Positions 61,012 to 64,000 of a DNA stretch of 64,000 nucleotides are shown here, piece after piece. The notes below the pieces were generated by a model, which saw only the letters and a program-made list of their open reading frames with translations, ran no database searches and had not been told where the DNA came from. The translations under genes were made by a program, and so were the position numbers. Where the stretch lies: contig OY760937.1 of the NCBI GenBank assembly GCA_963664225.1, positions 96,001 through 160,000 on the forward strand. Direction: 5' to 3'. Every line of letters starts with the position of its first letter. The stretch's first letter is position 1. The DNA is from Verrucomicrobiia bacterium (GTDB taxonomy: Bacteria > Verrucomicrobiota > Verrucomicrobiia > Limisphaerales > UBA1319).

Positions 61012-61563
61012 ATGAATAGAGTATTTGTGTTCTTAACTTTGCTAATCATGAGTATCGCCCCTGTCCATGCGGTCACCAACGACCTTTACCAGATTCCGCT
61101 CAAGGATCTCGACGGCAAACCCGCCACCCTGGCTCCTTATCGCGGAAAGGTTCTGCTGCTGGTCAATGTCGCCTCCAAATGCGGGCTCACCCCCCAATAT
61201 TCCGCCCTCGAATCCGTTTACGAGAAATACAAGGACAAGGGATTCGTGGTGCTCGGATTTCCGTGCAACGATTTTGCCGGCCAGGAACCCGGATCCAACG
61301 AAGAGATCCGCCAGTTTTGCAGCGCCAATTACAAGGTCACTTTCCCCCTTTTCGACAAGCTCCATGTCAAAGGCCCGGAACAGCATCCCTTGTATGAGGT
61401 TTTGACGGGCAAGGAGGCGGCTTTCCCGGGCGATGTGGCCTGGAATTTCGGCAAATTTCTCGTGTCGGCCGATGGGAAGATCATTCAACGTTTCGAACCG
61501 AAGACCACCCCTGACGATCCGAAGGTCACCAAAGCCATCGAAACCGCGCTGGCCGCAAAATAA
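61012..61563 (+). CDS. Glutathione peroxidase family protein (Cys type)
   Basis: VNVASKCGLT, LGFPCNDF, WNFGKFL. Confidence 0.95.
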   Translation: MNRVFVFLTLLIMSIAPVHAVTNDLYQIPLKDLDGKPATLAPYRGKVLLLVNVASKCGLTPQYSALESVYEKYKDKGFVVLGFPCNDFAGQEPGSNEEIRQFCSANYKVTFPLFDKLHVKGPEQHPLYEVLTGKEAAFPGDVAWNFGKFLVSADGKIIQRFEPKTTPDDPKVTKAIETALAAK

Positions 61564-61574
61564 TCCCTCAGAGG

Positions 61575-62658
61575 CGCCCCGGGTTTATTGCACGGTTTGG
61601 AGGATGCGACGGCGCCGGGTTGGTTGAGGGAGGAAACTTTAGTTGGAGGGGGAATCAGGGCACGCCCTCATCCCGCCCTTCTCCCCCAGGAGAAGGAGAA
61701 GTATTGCGAGTCGCGGGTTGTTTGGACGGTTTGGGAGGTGGCTGCCGCGTGGGGTATGGAGGGGAGGATGGACAATTGACAATGGACAATAATAGAAAAA
61801 AAGAAATTGACGCACGCCCTCATCCCGGCCTTCTCCCCCAGGAGAAGGAGGAGTATTGCAAGTCGCGGGTGTTTGGACGGCTTGGGAGGTGGCTGCCGCG
61901 TGGGGTTGGTTTGCAAAGGAAACAGCGGTTGGAGGGGGGAAATAGGGCACGCCCTCATCCCGGCCTTCTCCCCCAGGAGAAGGAGAAGTATTGCGAGTCT
62001 TGCGTATATTGCACGGTTTGGAGGATGCGACGGCGCCGGGTTGGTTTAGGGAGGAAACTTTAGTTGGAGGGGGAATCAGGGCACGCCCTCATCCCGCCCT
62101 TCTCCCCCAGGAGAAGGAGAAGTATTGCGAGTCGCGGGTTGTTTGGACGGCTTGGGAGGGGCTGCCGCGAGGGGTTGGTTTGCAAAGGAAACAGCGGTTG
62201 GAGGGGGAAATAGGGCACGCCCTCATCCCGCCCTTCTCCCCCAGGAGAAGGAGAAGTATTGCGAGTCGCGGGTTGTTTGGACGGCTTGGGAGGGGCTGCC
62301 GCGAGGGGTTGGTTTGCAAAGGAAACAGCGGTTGGAGGGGGAAATAGGGCACGCCCTCATCCCGCCCTTCTCCCCCAGGAGAAGGAGGAGTATTGCGAGT
62401 CGCGGGTTGTTTGGACGGCTTGGGAGGTGGCTGCCGCGTGGGGTTGGTTTGCAAAGGAAACACCGGTTGGAGGGGGAAATAGGGCACGCCCTCCCCATGA
62501 ACCCAGAGTGGGATGTCTTTCATTACAAGTTACATGGAAAGAAGTGGGTGAAGAAATATCAACATGGATAAGCAGGATGAGCAGGATTTTTAACCACGGA
62601 TGGCACGGATAGGGTCCAGTTTGGCGTTTACCAGCTTAGTGAATTCTGACCTGAGCTC
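61575..62658. repeat. Tandem array of ~134-bp REP-containing units ending in a degenerate MITE A-end
   Basis: CACGCCCTC anchors at 61661, 61813, 61948, 62082, 62216, 62350, 62485; GGCGTTTACCAGCTTAGTGAATTCTGACCTGAGCTC at 62623-62658. Confidence 0.92.
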
Positions 62659-62696
62659 TGCCCATTCGCACGCGTATTTTTTTACGCGACGTTTTT

Positions 62697-63647
62697 TTAT
62701 GCGCTGATTTGGGGCCTGAGCATCTTTCTCAAATCCAATCGGGAGAGCACCACCGCGCTGATGATGAGCCCCATGGCCATGAAGTAGGTTCGGGTGACCT
62801 GTTCGCCCAGGCACCAATGCGCCCAGGACATGGTGCTCAATGGGATGAGATTGTTGAAAAGGAAGACCTGGCTCGTGGGCCAGCGACGCAAGGCGTTGTT
62901 CCACAGGGCAAAAGCCGCCACACCGCCAAAGAGGATGCAATAGCTTTGCACCAGCACAAGTTTCGTGTTCCAGACCGGGGGTTGGAAGGCGGTTTCGAGC
63001 AGGGCCAATGGCATGAGCAATACCCCCGCCCGCCACATGGTGTGGGCGGTCAGGGAAACGCCTGAAAGAGTGGATCCCAGCGTGCGGCATTGGTTTCCGT
63101 GGTAGGCCCAAAGGAGGCTGGCGGATAGGCCGAGCAATTCTCCGGTCCAAAGCGTATTGTGGGCATTGGCATTGGATTGGGCCTGACCGGAGGGATGTTG
63201 CAGGGCCGGCCAGAAAAGGAGCAATACACCGGAGAAGGCCAGGGCCGCGCAAAAATATCGTTGAAGCGAGCGCCAGTTTCTTTCGGGACGTCCCTCGGCC
63301 AGGAGGGCCCAGACCGGTGATGCCCCCAGGTAAAGGGCCACATGCGAGGCGGAGGTGAACCTCAAGGCCCAGTTGAACACCACAATATAGACCGCCAGAC
63401 TCAGGCCGGTGCGCCACCACAGTCCGGCCCGCTCGGCAGGCGTCGGCGCCGCAGCCCGTCCCAGCCAATGGGTCCAGCGCAGGACGCCGAGCATGAGCAG
63501 CCCCGCGCACAAAAAACGTGTGCAACCGACCCAGATGGGCGGCCATGTGCCAACGAGCAGTTTTATGCCTGCATTATTGCCTCCCCACAGGAACACCGCG
63601 AGCAACAGGCTGGCAATAATCGTGTTTTTCGAACCCAACGCAAACAT
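62697..63647 (-). CDS. DMT/EamA family transporter
   Basis: FLWGGN, RFLCAG, about ten TM segments, LWNNAL. Confidence 0.9.
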   Translation of the reverse strand: MFALGSKNTIIASLLLAVFLWGGNNAGIKLLVGTWPPIWVGCTRFLCAGLLMLGVLRWTHWLGRAAAPTPAERAGLWWRTGLSLAVYIVVFNWALRFTSASHVALYLGASPVWALLAEGRPERNWRSLQRYFCAALAFSGVLLLFWPALQHPSGQAQSNANAHNTLWTGELLGLSASLLWAYHGNQCRTLGSTLSGVSLTAHTMWRAGVLLMPLALLETAFQPPVWNTKLVLVQSYCILFGGVAAFALWNNALRRWPTSQVFLFNNLIPLSTMSWAHWCLGEQVTRTYFMAMGLIISAVVLSRLDLRKMLRPQISA

Positions 63648-63887
63648 CGGGCCATGAGTTAGGGGAGGGATGGCCTTTAACGCAATGAGAATATGCGATG
63701 GAAGAGTGTCGGCAGGTTTTGAGGGCGATTCAGTTCTTCTTGAATTGCCAAAAATAATTTTATTGATGCTGACAGCACCTGTGGTTTTTGTCTAAATTTA
63801 TACTGACCTCGGTGCGTGCAAACAATTTGACAGCGCAAGAATTGTAATCCGTTGTCGCGGGTGAATGGATTGTCCGAGTTTGATTTC

Positions 63888-64000
63888 ATGAATACATTGG
63901 AAAACCGGAGCGCCGACATTGCGGGCGGTTGGAAGGGAATGTCGGTCCGGCGTCGTCTTACGCTGGCCATGGCCCTGTTGATGGGCGTCTCCATAACCGT
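63888..64000 (+). CDS. Partial CDS running off the window, with a signal-peptide-like start
   Basis: MNTLENRSADIAGGWKGMSVRRRLTLAMALLMGVSIT stays open to the window end. Confidence 0.5.
   Translation, partial: MNTLENRSADIAGGWKGMSVRRRLTLAMALLMGVSIT

Noticed and set aside
61012..61563. Selenocysteine glutathione peroxidase
   Set aside because: The active-site codon is TGC (Cys); there is no in-frame TGA.
61575..62495. CRISPR array
   Set aside because: The period is ~134 bp, the 'spacers' are homologous to each other, and no cas genes are present.

Overview
Bacterial chromosomal window, most likely Verrucomicrobiota (inferred from an ECF sigma factor with a long C-terminal extension, prepilin-type H-X9-DG proteins, a short AtpH and a TIGR04073-like protein). 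Core genes: atpBEFHA (no atpG/D/C follows), metF, rpsB-tsf-pyrH-frr, lysS, efp, ispE, pyrC, tRNA-Arg(ACG) and tRNA-Gly(TCC). Also present are peptidases, carbohydrate esterases, glycoside hydrolases and surface proteins. The window opens with the 3' end of a group II intron. The most striking structure is non-coding: a nested, modular repeat system. Its outer shell is a MITE with 18-bp terminal inverted repeats (GGGTGCA(T/G)GACA(A/T)AATTC) and 9-bp flanking duplications. It occurs as a 320-bp minimal form, an 819-bp expanded form, and apparently a 6.2-kb form enclosing an orphan Rhs toxin/immunity pair, a highly structured leader with a small gene, and a transposon remnant. Inside the shell are REP-like palindromes, and these are themselves hit at fixed positions by smaller ~96-bp and 65-bp modules and amplified into a ~134-bp tandem array. 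No cognate transposase is in the window. All product calls are from motif recognition only; no database search was run.
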